Source: an uncultured Bacteroidaceae bacterium | Lineage (GTDB): Bacteria > CAIWAD01 | Reading direction: 5' to 3' | Assembly (NCBI GenBank): GCA_964568855.1 | Contig: CAZMSD010000001.1 | Location: 75,197-139,196 of the forward strand | DNA: 64,000 bases | Shown: in pieces, positions 48,882-58,345 of the stretch | Position numbering within the stretch: the first letter of the stretch is position 1 | Layout: every line of letters begins with the position of its first letter | Position numbers and translations under genes: made by a program | Notes under the pieces: generated by a model | Database searches by the model: none | The model's input: the letters and a program-made list of their open reading frames with translations, nothing else | What the model was told of the DNA's origin: nothing

Positions 48882-51646
48882 TTGACCAACAGCAGCTTAT
48901 CGACCCGCGTCCGCGCGCCGGATCGAATTCTTAGGAAATACAGACCGGCGGCGCGGTCGCTGAAATCCAGCCACTTAAGATGCGTCCCTGCGGCGTAGGG
49001 CCGCGCGGGCGCGTCCATGATTCTCCGGCCCAGTAGATCGTAGACTTCCCACTGGACTTCCCCCGGCGCGGACAGGTGCATCCGCAGCCGCGTACCCGGG
49101 TTGAAGGGATTAGGCGCCACGGTCGCATGAAAATCACCGGGAACCGGCAGCGGCCGCTCAACCGGCAGCTCCTCGCGCCACTGGATCGCCGCCTCGGCGG
49201 CCTCGCGCAGGCCGCTGAGACTCTCCGCGGCCAGGATCCCGAAGGAGAGCAAGCGCTCGGAGCCGGGATCCAGATCCTCTGAGGCGCCCGCCATCAGGCA
49301 CTGCCAGTCGTCCGGCCCGTCGCTCTCGATCTGTTGAAACCCTTCGCCCATGTAGAAACACAGTTCGTCGTCCGTCAGTCCGCCCTGGGACCAGTCGTCC
49401 CAGCGACAAAGTCGAAAAGAAGCGGCGGGCTCCGACAGCAGCGACACGCCCAGGTAACGCCCGCTGTCGTCGGTCTGCCAGCATAGCGACAGGTCTTCTT
49501 CCCAGCCGCCTCCGTCGTCGCCCCAGCTTCCATCCACGTCGAAGTCCATCCAGACTCCGGGGCGCAGGTTTTCCAGAACGGATTCGCCTGCGTTCCAGAT
49601 GTGATACTCCACCAGCACCACGCCTTCCAGCTCCTCGTCGATGCGGCTGCGGCTGACCAGGTTCACTTCGATCCCTGGATCGGGCTCCATCCCGCAGGTG
49701 CAGAAAGCCGCCTCGATCCGCTGTTCTTCGCCCGAGTCGCTGAGCTGGATGTCTCCTCCCTCAAGGGGCTGGAAGTCGCCGGCACTTCCGATCAGGTAAC
49801 TGGCCATGTCCGCCACCCGGCAATCATTCAGCGCGATCAGCAGGCTTCCGTGATACAAGTGGCCGGGGCCCCCCTGCGGATACAGCAGGCCCAGGCCCAC
49901 GGACTGGTTCTCTTCGAAGTCGTAGTAGCCGATGGCGCCGTGCCCGGACAGACTCAGCGTAATCTGGCCGTTATCGTGGGAGGCGTAGGTGGGCGCGACC
50001 ACCAGCGTGGCGTATTGCAGATGCGAGTAGCCGCCCGTGGCCGAGACGGCGAAGCGCAGGAGAATCGGCTGGCCGTGCTCGGCCTGCGCATCCACTTCGA
50101 TCAGGAATGGTTCGGCGGCGTTGTCGGTCGTGCCGCCCTCCTCGACGGGTGGAAAGGTCGCCTGGCCATCCAGTACCTCGCCTCCGCCTTCGGGCATGCT
50201 GAGCTGGACCTGTACGGACTCGAAATCGCCCAGCATGGCGGCCAGCGTGATCACGATCTCCACCTCTTCGCCGGGATCGGCAACGCCGTTCTGGTCGGCG
50301 TCCTCGAAAGTCCAGTCGTCCAGGACCAGGGCCTCGGGCGAAGCGGTCATGGCCTGCAGAGCGTTGATCCGGCCGCGGCCCAGTTGTTCCTCGTATCCGG
50401 GATTCACGTCATCGATGTTGTCACACGTGAAGACCACGTGCTCGCGCGCCTGGGCGGGTCCGTAGGCCGGATGCCGGCTGCGCACCAGGCCGCAGAGCGA
50501 GGTGACGTGGGGCGTGGCCATGGAAGTGCCGCTCTTGGTGCCATAGCTCCCGCCGATCATGGTGGAGTAGATCAGCGATCCCGGCGCCGCCAGATCCACC
50601 CAGGAGCCGTACTGGCTGCTGCCCAGCTTGACGTCGTCCGGGTTGGTGGCCGCCACGCAGAGCACGCCCTCGTAGGCCCCGGGATAGTGTTCGCGGTCGT
50701 TTCCGGCGTTGCCCGCCGAGGCCACCACCAGGGCGCCCAACTCGCCGGCCAGGGCGATGACTTCCTGCTCGTAATGGCTGTAGGAATCACCACCCCAGGA
50801 GCAGTTGATCACCTCGGCCCCGTTGACCGCCGCGTAGTAGATGCCCTCCACGCCGTCGCTGATCAGCGAACCGTGACCCGCGCGCAGGGCCATCAGCCGG
50901 GCGTCCCAGACGATGCTGGATACACCGGTCGTGTTGTCGGTGGCGCAGGCCGCAGTGCCGGCCACGTGGGTGCCGTGGCTCTGGTCGCCAGGCTCGGGAT
51001 TGGGATCGCCGTCCCCGTCCCGGGTGTCGTAGCCGTGCACGTCGTCCACCCAGCCGTTCCCGTCGTCGTCCACGCCCGGGCTGCCCTGCAGCTCGTCTTC
51101 GTTGACCCAAAGCGCTTCCTCAAGGTCTTCGTGGTCGAGCTCCACGCCCGTATCCACCACCGCGATCACGACCTCGCCGCCCCCGATGTGCTGGTCCCAG
51201 GCGGCGGGTGCTTCCACGCGCGGCAGGGCCCAGAGCTCGGAATAATAAGGATCGTCGGGAACTAGGTCGCAGCGCCGCTCGGGCGGCCGCTCGGCCCAGA
51301 CCACGGCCGGATCGGCCTTCAGCGTGCCAAGCAGTTTCTCGAGCTCGCCGCCATACTCTTCCGGTAACTCGGCGCGCAGTAAGGCGCGCTGAACTGAGGC
51401 GCACTCTGGAGAGTGGGATGCACCGCCGGGCAGGGCCGCGCCCAGCTCCGTACCCTCGGGAAACAGCTTCCACAGCGGATCTGCTCCAGCGAGTAGAGCC
51501 TCACTGCGCAGAGCATCGTCCAGTTTGAAGATGAGCTGATTACGGTGGTTCTCCGCAGCCGTGGAATGCCGAACAAGACCGCCGCCCAGAAGGGAGACAC
51601 TGAAGGCGAGCAGAAGTGTGGAATGGATGCCGTGTCGAAAATTCAT
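48878..51646 (-). CDS. S8 family subtilisin-like serine protease with C-terminal T9SS-type sorting domain
   Basis: Catalytic triad blocks VVDTG, HGTHVAG, GTSMATPHV. Signal peptide. C-terminal PNPFNPGTRLRMHL...GLYFLRIRSGARTRVDKLLLVK tail. Confidence 0.85.
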   Translation of the reverse strand: MNFRHGIHSTLLLAFSVSLLGGGLVRHSTAAENHRNQLIFKLDDALRSEALLAGADPLWKLFPEGTELGAALPGGASHSPECASVQRALLRAELPEEYGGELEKLLGTLKADPAVVWAERPPERRCDLVPDDPYYSELWALPRVEAPAAWDQHIGGGEVVIAVVDTGVELDHEDLEEALWVNEDELQGSPGVDDDGNGWVDDVHGYDTRDGDGDPNPEPGDQSHGTHVAGTAACATDNTTGVSSIVWDARLMALRAGHGSLISDGVEGIYYAAVNGAEVINCSWGGDSYSHYEQEVIALAGELGALVVASAGNAGNDREHYPGAYEGVLCVAATNPDDVKLGSSQYGSWVDLAAPGSLIYSTMIGGSYGTKSGTSMATPHVTSLCGLVRSRHPAYGPAQAREHVVFTCDNIDDVNPGYEEQLGRGRINALQAMTASPEALVLDDWTFEDADQNGVADPGEEVEIVITLAAMLGDFESVQVQLSMPEGGGEVLDGQATFPPVEEGGTTDNAAEPFLIEVDAQAEHGQPILLRFAVSATGGYSHLQYATLVVAPTYASHDNGQITLSLSGHGAIGYYDFEENQSVGLGLLYPQGGPGHLYHGSLLIALNDCRVADMASYLIGSAGDFQPLEGGDIQLSDSGEEQRIEAAFCTCGMEPDPGIEVNLVSRSRIDEELEGVVLVEYHIWNAGESVLENLRPGVWMDFDVDGSWGDDGGGWEEDLSLCWQTDDSGRYLGVSLLSEPAASFRLCRWDDWSQGGLTDDELCFYMGEGFQQIESDGPDDWQCLMAGASEDLDPGSERLLSFGILAAESLSGLREAAEAAIQWREELPVERPLPVPGDFHATVAPNPFNPGTRLRMHLSAPGEVQWEVYDLLGRRIMDAPARPYAAGTHLKWLDFSDRAAGLYFLRIRSGARTRVDKLLLVK

Positions 51647-51700
51647 CAGTACCGGTGTGCCCCTCACTGTGAACCGGTTTCCCCGGGCTCGCGTGAATTC

Positions 51701-52210
51701 TCAATCCGTCATGAATCCGGCCAGCAGCTCGAGGAGGGTGCTGCGCTTGGCCAGGGAAATCTCGCGACCGGAAAGGGGGAAATGCTCGATCGAGCGCGCC
51801 AGGGCCCGGAGTTCGCGAACGCTTAGCCGGTTCAGGTCCGTGGAAACGGGTAGGGCCGGAACCGCCGCTTCTGGTGCCGCACTTACTCGCGTCGCGGGCC
51901 CGCTGCCTCCGCCCTCCAGTCTCCACGAGTCGCGGCTGAGGGACTGCACCATGTCCATGATTCCCGCGGCGGGCTGAGGGATTACGTGCGTGGAAAGAAC
52001 CAAGCCCACTCGCGCCGCCGCGCGTTCGCCCGCGTTCACCGCAGCCTTGACGGCGGCTACATCACCCGATACGCAGATGGTCACGATGGCCGGCCAGGTC
52101 AATTGGCGCTTTACCAGACTGACTCGAGCGGCCTTGAGCATGGCATCGCAGGCTTCGACCGCGGCCACGAGACCTCGCGTTTCGATCATGCCCAGGGCCT
52201 GATTCTTCAT
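51701..52210 (-). CDS. BMC-H microcompartment shell protein (PF00936 type) with ~85-aa C-terminal extension
   Basis: ALGMIETRGLVAAVEACDAMLKAARVSL...IVTICVSGDVAAVKAAVNAGERAA...VIPQP is a BMC domain, followed by an extra helical-looking tail (LSVRELRALARSIEHF...LLELLAGFMTD). Confidence 0.75.
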   Translation of the reverse strand: MKNQALGMIETRGLVAAVEACDAMLKAARVSLVKRQLTWPAIVTICVSGDVAAVKAAVNAGERAAARVGLVLSTHVIPQPAAGIMDMVQSLSRDSWRLEGGGSGPATRVSAAPEAAVPALPVSTDLNRLSVRELRALARSIEHFPLSGREISLAKRSTLLELLAGFMTD

Positions 52211-52247
52211 GGAATGCCGGCGGAGGGGCGGCCCGTCCGCCTGAAAA

Positions 52248-52526
52248 TCAGCCCTTGCGGGGCAGAATCGACTCCACTTCGGCATGCGGGCGCGGAATCA
52301 CGTGGACCGAAACCACTTCGCCCACCTTCTCCGCTGCGGTGGCGCCGGCGTCCGTGGCGGCCTTGACGGCACCCACGTCTCCTCGCACCATCACGGTTAC
52401 ATAACCGCCGCCCACCTGCTCGCGCCCGATCAACTCGACCTTTGCAGCCTTGACCATGGCATCCGCAGCCTCGACGGCACCCACGAGACCTCTGGTTTCC
52501 ACCATGCCGAGGGCTTCAAGCGACAT
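52248..52526 (-). CDS. BMC-H microcompartment shell protein (PduA/EutM/CcmK-like)
   Basis: [34 protein letters not shown]...[23 protein letters not shown]...VHVIPRPH is a near-canonical PduA-type sequence. GGAGGAT RBS 5 nt upstream of the ATG. Confidence 0.85.
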   Translation of the reverse strand: MSLEALGMVETRGLVGAVEAADAMVKAAKVELIGREQVGGGYVTVMVRGDVGAVKAATDAGATAAEKVGEVVSVHVIPRPHAEVESILPRKG

Positions 52527-52733
52527 CTGACATCCTCCAAGCTGTATTGAAGCAGCGCCGTCCCGACCGGTCCTGAGGGCTCGTTCCGCCCCGGAAATTG
52601 AATGAGATAACTTAGGAAAATCAGGTCTTTCCGCCTGCTTCGGCAGACAGCCGCGGCTTGAGGTCACACCTCTGCCCCGCCGCACGAAGGATGGCGGGAC
52701 CGGACCGTGGAGAGGGAACGCTCTTAAGGGGAG

Positions 52734-53429
52734 CTACTCGAACAGGTGATAGTATTCCTGGAAGTATTCCACCACTTCGCTGGGCGTGTCCAGGATTTTG
52801 AAGATCTTGAGGTCCTTCTCGTCGACCAGTTCCTGCGCCAGCAACTCACCCTTCAGCCAATGCACCAGGCCTTTCCAGAATTCGGAATTGTAGAAGACGA
52901 TGGGCACGCGCTCGATCTTCTTGGTCTGGATCAGCGTGAGCACCTCGAAGAGCTCATCCAGCGTTCCGTAACCGCCCGGCATCATCACGAATCCGGCGGA
53001 GAACTTCACGAACATCACCTTGCGCACGAAGAAATAGCGAAAGTCCAGCCCAGTGTCGAGGAAGGGATTGCTTTCCTGTTCGTGGGGCAGGTCGATGTTA
53101 AGTCCAATGGATTCGGCCGGACTCTCGAAGCTGCCCTTGTTGGCCGCCTGCATCACTCCCGGCCCTCCGCCGGTGATCACGCTGAATCCCAGGTGGCCCA
53201 GCCCACAGGCGATGGCCGAGGCGGACTGGTAGATCTCGTCGTCGGGCGTGGCGCGGGCGCTGCCGAACATGGCGATGGCGTGCCGCACGTGCCACAGCGA
53301 CTCGAAACCGTCCACGAATTCGCTCATGATGCGGAAGATCCGCCAGGTTTCATTGGACATGGAAGCGGAACGCTCGAAGAGGTTGGCGTTGAGCCGCATT
53401 CCGTGATTCAGTTTCTTCGTGTGATTCAT
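52734..53429 (-). CDS. LOG family protein (TIGR00730 Rossmann fold; cytokinin riboside 5'-monophosphate phosphoribohydrolase-like)
   Basis: GGGPGVMQAANKG and PGGYGTLDELFE motifs. Start uncertain (M at 53429 or 53360). Confidence 0.75.
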   Translation of the reverse strand: MNHTKKLNHGMRLNANLFERSASMSNETWRIFRIMSEFVDGFESLWHVRHAIAMFGSARATPDDEIYQSASAIACGLGHLGFSVITGGGPGVMQAANKGSFESPAESIGLNIDLPHEQESNPFLDTGLDFRYFFVRKVMFVKFSAGFVMMPGGYGTLDELFEVLTLIQTKKIERVPIVFYNSEFWKGLVHWLKGELLAQELVDEKDLKIFKILDTPSEVVEYFQEYYHLFE

Positions 53430-53472
53430 TTCAGTCCATTCGGTCGGGAGCTGTTGCCGGGACGCGGCGGGT

Positions 53473-53859
53473 TCAGTCGAGGTCGCGTTTCCTGACCTTG
53501 GCCAGGCAGGCCTCCACCACGCGTTTCAGGTAGGGCAGTCGCCAGGGCTTCTTGATGAAATCCGTGGCCCCGGCCAGCAGGAGGTCGCGGGCGATCTCCT
53601 CGTTCTCGTGGGCCGTGATCATCACCACGGGAATCTCCGGGTCGGTCTGTCGCACGCGGCGTATCACATCGAGACCCGACCAGCCGGGCATGTAGATATC
53701 GAGGAACATCATCTGGGGCTTGATTTCAGCCAGCAATCGCAGGCCCGTGTCGCCGTCGGCCGCCGCGAACACCTCGTAGCCTTCACCTTCGAGGAAGTCG
53801 GTCAGCGATTCCCGGACGCCTTCCTCGTCGTCGATGATCAGGATCCTGGTCGTATCCAT
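53473..53859 (-). CDS. single-domain response regulator (CheY-like receiver)
   Basis: DD acidic pocket, phospho-acceptor Asp in FLDIYMPG, and Lys in DFIKKP. Confidence 0.85.
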   Translation of the reverse strand: MDTTRILIIDDEEGVRESLTDFLEGEGYEVFAAADGDTGLRLLAEIKPQMMFLDIYMPGWSGLDVIRRVRQTDPEIPVVMITAHENEEIARDLLLAGATDFIKKPWRLPYLKRVVEACLAKVRKRDLD

Positions 53860-53886
53860 GGCTTCTCCGCTGGGTCCCGGCGGATC

Positions 53887-54276
53887 TCAGCCGGGTCGTT
53901 CATCGGAAAACAGCCGCTCGATCACGACGGCGATGCTTTCCATCCTGAAAGGTTTGAAGATCGTCTCCTCGACCCGGTAGGGTTCGAGCAGGGGAAGGTG
54001 ATCTTCCTTGATCCATCCGCTGATCACGATTATCGGCAGGTCCTGGTCCTTCTCGCGGATCTGTTCCATCAGTTCCATGCCGCTGATCTCGGGCATGTTG
54101 ATGTCCGTGATCAGCAGATCGACCGGGTGCTGCTCGAAAAGCTCGAGCGCCATCCGGCCGTTGCCCGCCTGGTACACCGGGTCGAAGCCGTAGAGGGTCA
54201 TGAAGCGGGCGAGGATCTCCAGGAAGGACTGGTCGTCGTCCACCACCAGGACCGACTTGTTCTTCACCAGCTTCAT
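53887..54276 (-). CDS. single-domain response regulator (CheY-like receiver)
   Basis: VVDDD, LLITDINMP and IFKPF receiver signatures. Confidence 0.85.
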   Translation of the reverse strand: MKLVKNKSVLVVDDDQSFLEILARFMTLYGFDPVYQAGNGRMALELFEQHPVDLLITDINMPEISGMELMEQIREKDQDLPIIVISGWIKEDHLPLLEPYRVEETIFKPFRMESIAVVIERLFSDERPG

Positions 54277-57209
54277 GGTTCCTCTCGAGCGTTCGAGGCC
54301 CCGGCGGTCTGCGCGCGGCGATTCCCCCCGCTGCGCTTGAGTTTCGACGGGCCGGAAGCCTTGCCGCGGCGGGCGCCCTTGCTCCCGGATCGGCCCTTTC
54401 CCGCGGGGGCGCTCTTCCCGGCGTCCCGGGCCTCCTTCGCCTTCCGCGGCGGCTCATCCTCTTTCAGATCAAGATCGTACATATCGACGTTTGGTAAACC
54501 GTACTCCTTGATCCTCGCGTTCTTCTGGGAATTCAACTGGTCGAGGATGTGCTTGATATGAAAGACCTGAGCTTCGATTTCCCTGAGTGAATTATCGGTT
54601 TCCCGGCCCAGGTTCTTCTGCGTCAGGCGCACCAGCTCGAGGTGGGCCATGATCACGCTCAGGGGCGTGTTGATCCGGTCGGAGACCGTGACGGCCATCC
54701 GCTCCAGCCCGCTAAGCCGTTCCGCTTCCAGCCGGGCCGCTTCGAGTTTCTTGAGCTCGGTGAAGTCCTTGGCCACACCCAGGATGCCGGTGATCCGGCC
54801 GCTTGTATCACGCAGCCAGTTCAGGTTGAGCTGGACCGGAACCTCGCGGCCGTCGGCCGCCCGCAGGCTGGTCTCGAAGGACAGGTGCGAGTTGCCGTTG
54901 CGCAGGGCCCTGCGAATCCGCCAAAGGATGTTTCCGGTGTCGTGGTAGAACTCCGGGACCGGCCGGCCCAGGACCTCCTGCTCGCGCAGGCCCAGCATCT
55001 TCTCCGCTCCCGCGTTGAACAGGGTGATCCGGCCCTGGCGGTCGGTGACCACGATGGCGTCGGTGGCCGAGGAGATCACGCTGTGCAGGAATTCCTGTCC
55101 CGACAGGTTCTGCGCCAGCAGGGACTCGCGACGGATGGCGCTGGCCGCCTGCATGGCCAGCACGCTGACGAAGCTCTCGTCGGCGTCCATCACCTGCAGC
55201 CGTTCATCCCAGTAGAGCAGCAGCAGGCCGTGGAATTCCCCTCCCTCAGCCACGGGCAGGGCCAGCAGGGAGACCCGCTCCCCTTTGCCGGAGGGAATCC
55301 AGTCGGGCAGGCGCTTGGGCAGCGGGCTGTAGCGCAGCAGCGTCTCCCGGTCGCGGATCAGATACTGCAGGGGATCCTCCGGCGGCAGATGAGTCGAGAT
55401 CAGGTGCTGAGCCTCTTCAAGTTCGAGACCCTCGCTGACCTGGCAGGCCAGGCGCAGCTGCTCCTCGTCCGCGCGGTACTCGTAGGCCACCGCGGCGCGC
55501 GCTCCCGTGAGACGCAGCGCCTGGCGCGTGAAGAGCTCTAGAATCTGCACCTCGGTGTGCACCCCGGAAACCTCGCGAGAGAGATCGAGCAGACCTCGCA
55601 GGCGATTGGTCTCCAGCCGGGTGGTGGAATAAAGGCGGGAGTTCTCGATCGCCAGCGCGGCCTGGGTGGCGAAGGTCCGGCTGAGGCGCAGGTCCTGCCG
55701 GTCGAAGAGGCGCTCGGGATCGTGGCTGTCCACGCGCAGGACGCCCAGCACCTCGTCCTGAACCTTGAGCGGCACCATGATGCAGCTCTGCAGGCTATCC
55801 GGAGCTTCGGGCAGGAATTGTCTCACCGACATGTGATTCCCCAGCAGCAAGGGTTTGCGCTGCCTGACCACGATGCCCTCCGGGCATTCGCTGAGGGGAA
55901 CCAGGGCGCTCTGCTCCTCCCCCGGCCGCCTGCTTCCGGGCTTCCAGCGGCGCAATCCCCCGCCGTCGGCGGAGAGTAGCATCACGCAGCCGTCGCTGGC
56001 CTCCAGCAGGTGCAGGATCCGTTTCAGCACGCGCTCGAGCACCTGCTGCACGTCCAGGCTGCTGCTGATTTCCACCGCGGCGTCGAAGAGAGCGTTGAGG
56101 CGATAGTTCAGCCGCGTCAGCTCGCGGTGCACGCGGACCCGGCGCTCGATGCTGCGGAAGATGCAGAGGTAGCCCAGCGTTTCTCCACCGGCGCCCGCGA
56201 TGGGGCTGGCGTTGACCGAGGCATGGACCACGCCGCCGCCGGAATGTGCCAGCTGCACGTCGTGGTCCCGCACGGGCAGGCCCCCGGTGAGCGTCTGTTC
56301 GAGTTCTTCCGCGCCTTCCTCGCTCAGGAAGCTGCTGCCGATGCGCGTGTTGAGCACGTTGCCGGGCTGAAAACCCAGCAAGTGCTCGAGGATCGGCGAA
56401 ATCAGAATGACTTCCAGCTCGGGACTCAGCACAACTATCAGGTCGTCGCTCGAGTTGACGATGCTCTGGAAGAAGTCCCGGACGTCCTGCAGCTCGCGGC
56501 TCTGTTCCAGGACCTTGTGCTGAAAACTCTCGCTCAGGCGGGCCTTGCTGAGGGCCAGGGCGACCGAGTCGCAGAGCAGGTTGAGCAGGTGTTCGTCGTC
56601 CGGATCGAAACGGCCCGCCTCAGGGTGCGAGAGGTTGAGCACTCCGAAGATCCGGTCTCCCGCCCTGAGCGGAGCGCAGAGCAGAGAGCGCACGGCGGCG
56701 GTCTCCTCGCGCTCCTCGAATTGCGGATCTCGTGTCACATCCAGGGAAAGCCGACTGCGGCCGGTCTCCGCCACCAGACCCGAAATACCCTGTCCCAGCG
56801 GGACCGCGCGCCCCCTTAGATCCTCCCGGTGGTCATCCAGGTCGGCTCCCACGTACTCCAGGCAGTTGCTGCTTCTGTCCAGCAGCATCATCGAGCAGGA
56901 GGCGGCGCCGAAGCAGCGTCGTAGAAATGCGGGGAGATTATTGAAGAGGGCTTCGCAGCTTTCCTGCCGGTTGAGGAAGCGGCCCAGGTCTCGCATCCAG
57001 GACAGCTGCCCCAGCCTGCCGTGAAGTTCTTCCATCAGGTCGCGCAGCGCCGCGCGCTGCCGCAGCTGCTTGCGTTCCTGGCTGCGCAACACGTGGTCCA
57101 GCCTGAGCAGGAGCAGCTGCAGGTCTTCGGGCGGCGTGGAGTCCGCCTCGAGACCGTCCAGGGCGCGGGCCAGCGCCCGCTGCAGCTCCTTCAGGGAAGG
57201 CTCAGGCAT
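54273..57209 (-). CDS. multi-sensor GAF/PAS signalling protein with HisKA-like dimerisation/phosphoacceptor region but no recognisable HATPase domain
   Basis: Several GAF and PAS-like segments. C-terminal H-box-like block INTPLSVIMAHLELV, followed only by a Lys/Arg/Gly-rich tail. Start ATG 57207-57209 with GGAGGAGG RBS, overlapping the upstream stop. Confidence 0.7.
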   Translation of the reverse strand: MPEPSLKELQRALARALDGLEADSTPPEDLQLLLLRLDHVLRSQERKQLRQRAALRDLMEELHGRLGQLSWMRDLGRFLNRQESCEALFNNLPAFLRRCFGAASCSMMLLDRSSNCLEYVGADLDDHREDLRGRAVPLGQGISGLVAETGRSRLSLDVTRDPQFEEREETAAVRSLLCAPLRAGDRIFGVLNLSHPEAGRFDPDDEHLLNLLCDSVALALSKARLSESFQHKVLEQSRELQDVRDFFQSIVNSSDDLIVVLSPELEVILISPILEHLLGFQPGNVLNTRIGSSFLSEEGAEELEQTLTGGLPVRDHDVQLAHSGGGVVHASVNASPIAGAGGETLGYLCIFRSIERRVRVHRELTRLNYRLNALFDAAVEISSSLDVQQVLERVLKRILHLLEASDGCVMLLSADGGGLRRWKPGSRRPGEEQSALVPLSECPEGIVVRQRKPLLLGNHMSVRQFLPEAPDSLQSCIMVPLKVQDEVLGVLRVDSHDPERLFDRQDLRLSRTFATQAALAIENSRLYSTTRLETNRLRGLLDLSREVSGVHTEVQILELFTRQALRLTGARAAVAYEYRADEEQLRLACQVSEGLELEEAQHLISTHLPPEDPLQYLIRDRETLLRYSPLPKRLPDWIPSGKGERVSLLALPVAEGGEFHGLLLLYWDERLQVMDADESFVSVLAMQAASAIRRESLLAQNLSGQEFLHSVISSATDAIVVTDRQGRITLFNAGAEKMLGLREQEVLGRPVPEFYHDTGNILWRIRRALRNGNSHLSFETSLRAADGREVPVQLNLNWLRDTSGRITGILGVAKDFTELKKLEAARLEAERLSGLERMAVTVSDRINTPLSVIMAHLELVRLTQKNLGRETDNSLREIEAQVFHIKHILDQLNSQKNARIKEYGLPNVDMYDLDLKEDEPPRKAKEARDAGKSAPAGKGRSGSKGARRGKASGPSKLKRSGGNRRAQTAGASNAREEP

Positions 57210-57939
57210 GCTCCGCCTCCTCCAGCAGCTTACCCAGGCTCCAGGGCTGCAGGTCCAGAATGGACCAGACCTGCGGATCGCAGTCCAGGTCCCCGTTGCC
57301 CAGCTTGCCTCCCCCCGCGGACAGACCGCCCGCCAGCGCCAGTGCAAGGTGCAACGCGGCCGCGTCCTGCCGGACTGAATCGACTCCGGCGGAAGCCGGG
57401 TCGGCCACCGCCGCCGAAGCCTCACCCAGGGCAGGGCTCAGGCCGGGTGAAGCAGTCAGTAGACGGAATAACCGGTCTCCCCAGGTTTTCCACTGCGGCA
57501 GCGGTTCTCCGCGCCGCTCAGTCAGCAGGGGCACCAGCTCCAGCAGCCGCAGCAGCGTGGCCGCCGCCCGGCCTTCCAGCGCGGGACAGTGCTGCAGCAC
57601 CGTCAGGCCCATGCTGCGCAACCGGGGAATCAGCGAAGAACTCAGCGGCAGCAGGGGCTGCGGGGGCAGGAGCTGCAGGACGGAACCCAGATAGCGGCGC
57701 GCCCGCTCACCGCCCAGGCAGCGGACCGCGGACAGCGCGTCCTCGGGAGGGCGGTGGGCGTGGTAATAACTGTAGGAGGCATAGTTCAGCAACACCAGCA
57801 GCAGCACTGGAGATCCCTGGATCCGATTCAGGAATTCACCGTCAGCGCAACCGGAATCCAGCGACTCCTCCACCTCGACGGCCACGGCCGGCGGCAATCC
57901 GAGCTCGAGTAGATCGTCCAGCCCCTGACGGGCGCTCAT
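57202..57939 (-). CDS. hypothetical protein (245 aa, Leu/Ala-rich)
   Basis: ORF with stop/start coupling to the downstream sensor gene; no motifs recognised. Confidence 0.45.
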   Translation of the reverse strand: MSARQGLDDLLELGLPPAVAVEVEESLDSGCADGEFLNRIQGSPVLLLVLLNYASYSYYHAHRPPEDALSAVRCLGGERARRYLGSVLQLLPPQPLLPLSSSLIPRLRSMGLTVLQHCPALEGRAAATLLRLLELVPLLTERRGEPLPQWKTWGDRLFRLLTASPGLSPALGEASAAVADPASAGVDSVRQDAAALHLALALAGGLSAGGGKLGNGDLDCDPQVWSILDLQPWSLGKLLEEAEHA

Positions 57940-58177
57940 CGCTGCTCCCAGTTCTGATTCTGCAGGTCGAAACGGGCACGACCCGATACGATATCCACCG
58001 ATTTTTCCTTAACGGCATGGTAATATATCAGCCTTTGATTCGCAGATCTTAAGCCCGGAACACCAAAAAAGCCAAGCTGTGCAGCTTCAGTACCAAATAA
58101 GACTGAATGAAATTCAGATTGTCGAGTTGCGCTGGAGAATTCGCTTAACAGCGGAGGGTGGTTTCCGGATGGATCCA

Positions 58178-58248
58178 AGGCGGCGACCAGATTCGAACTG
58201 GTGATGGAGCTTTTGCAGAGCTCTGCCTTACCACTTGGCTACGCCGCC
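58178..58248 (-). tRNA. tRNA-Cys: tRNA-Cys (anticodon GCA)
   Basis: Cloverleaf folded by hand: acceptor GGCGGCG/CGCCGCC, D-arm GCC..GGC, anticodon loop CTGCAAA, T-arm ACCAG-TTCGAAT-CTGGT. Coordinates anchored to the neighbouring track ORFs. Confidence 0.85.
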
Positions 58249-58272
58249 GCAGAGTGCCTTTCGGCGGTCTGA

Positions 58273-58345
58273 AGCGAGAGACGGGATTCGAACCCGCGAC
58301 AACCACGTTGGCAACGTGGCACTCTACCAACTGAGTTACTCTCGC
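58273..58345 (-). tRNA. tRNA-Gly: tRNA-Gly (anticodon GCC)
   Basis: Acceptor GCGAGAG/CTCTCGC, anticodon stem-loop CCACG-TTGCCAA-CGTGG, T-arm GCGGG-TTCGAAT-CCCGT. Confidence 0.85.

Noticed and set aside
52527-52733. Search for a sigma-54 (-24 GG / -12 GC) promoter upstream of the BMC and sensor genes, given the nearby sigma54 activator
   Set aside because: No TGGCAC-N5-TTGC match on the coding strand here. The only TGGCAC nearby lies inside tRNA-Gly. I could not support a sigma54 promoter call.
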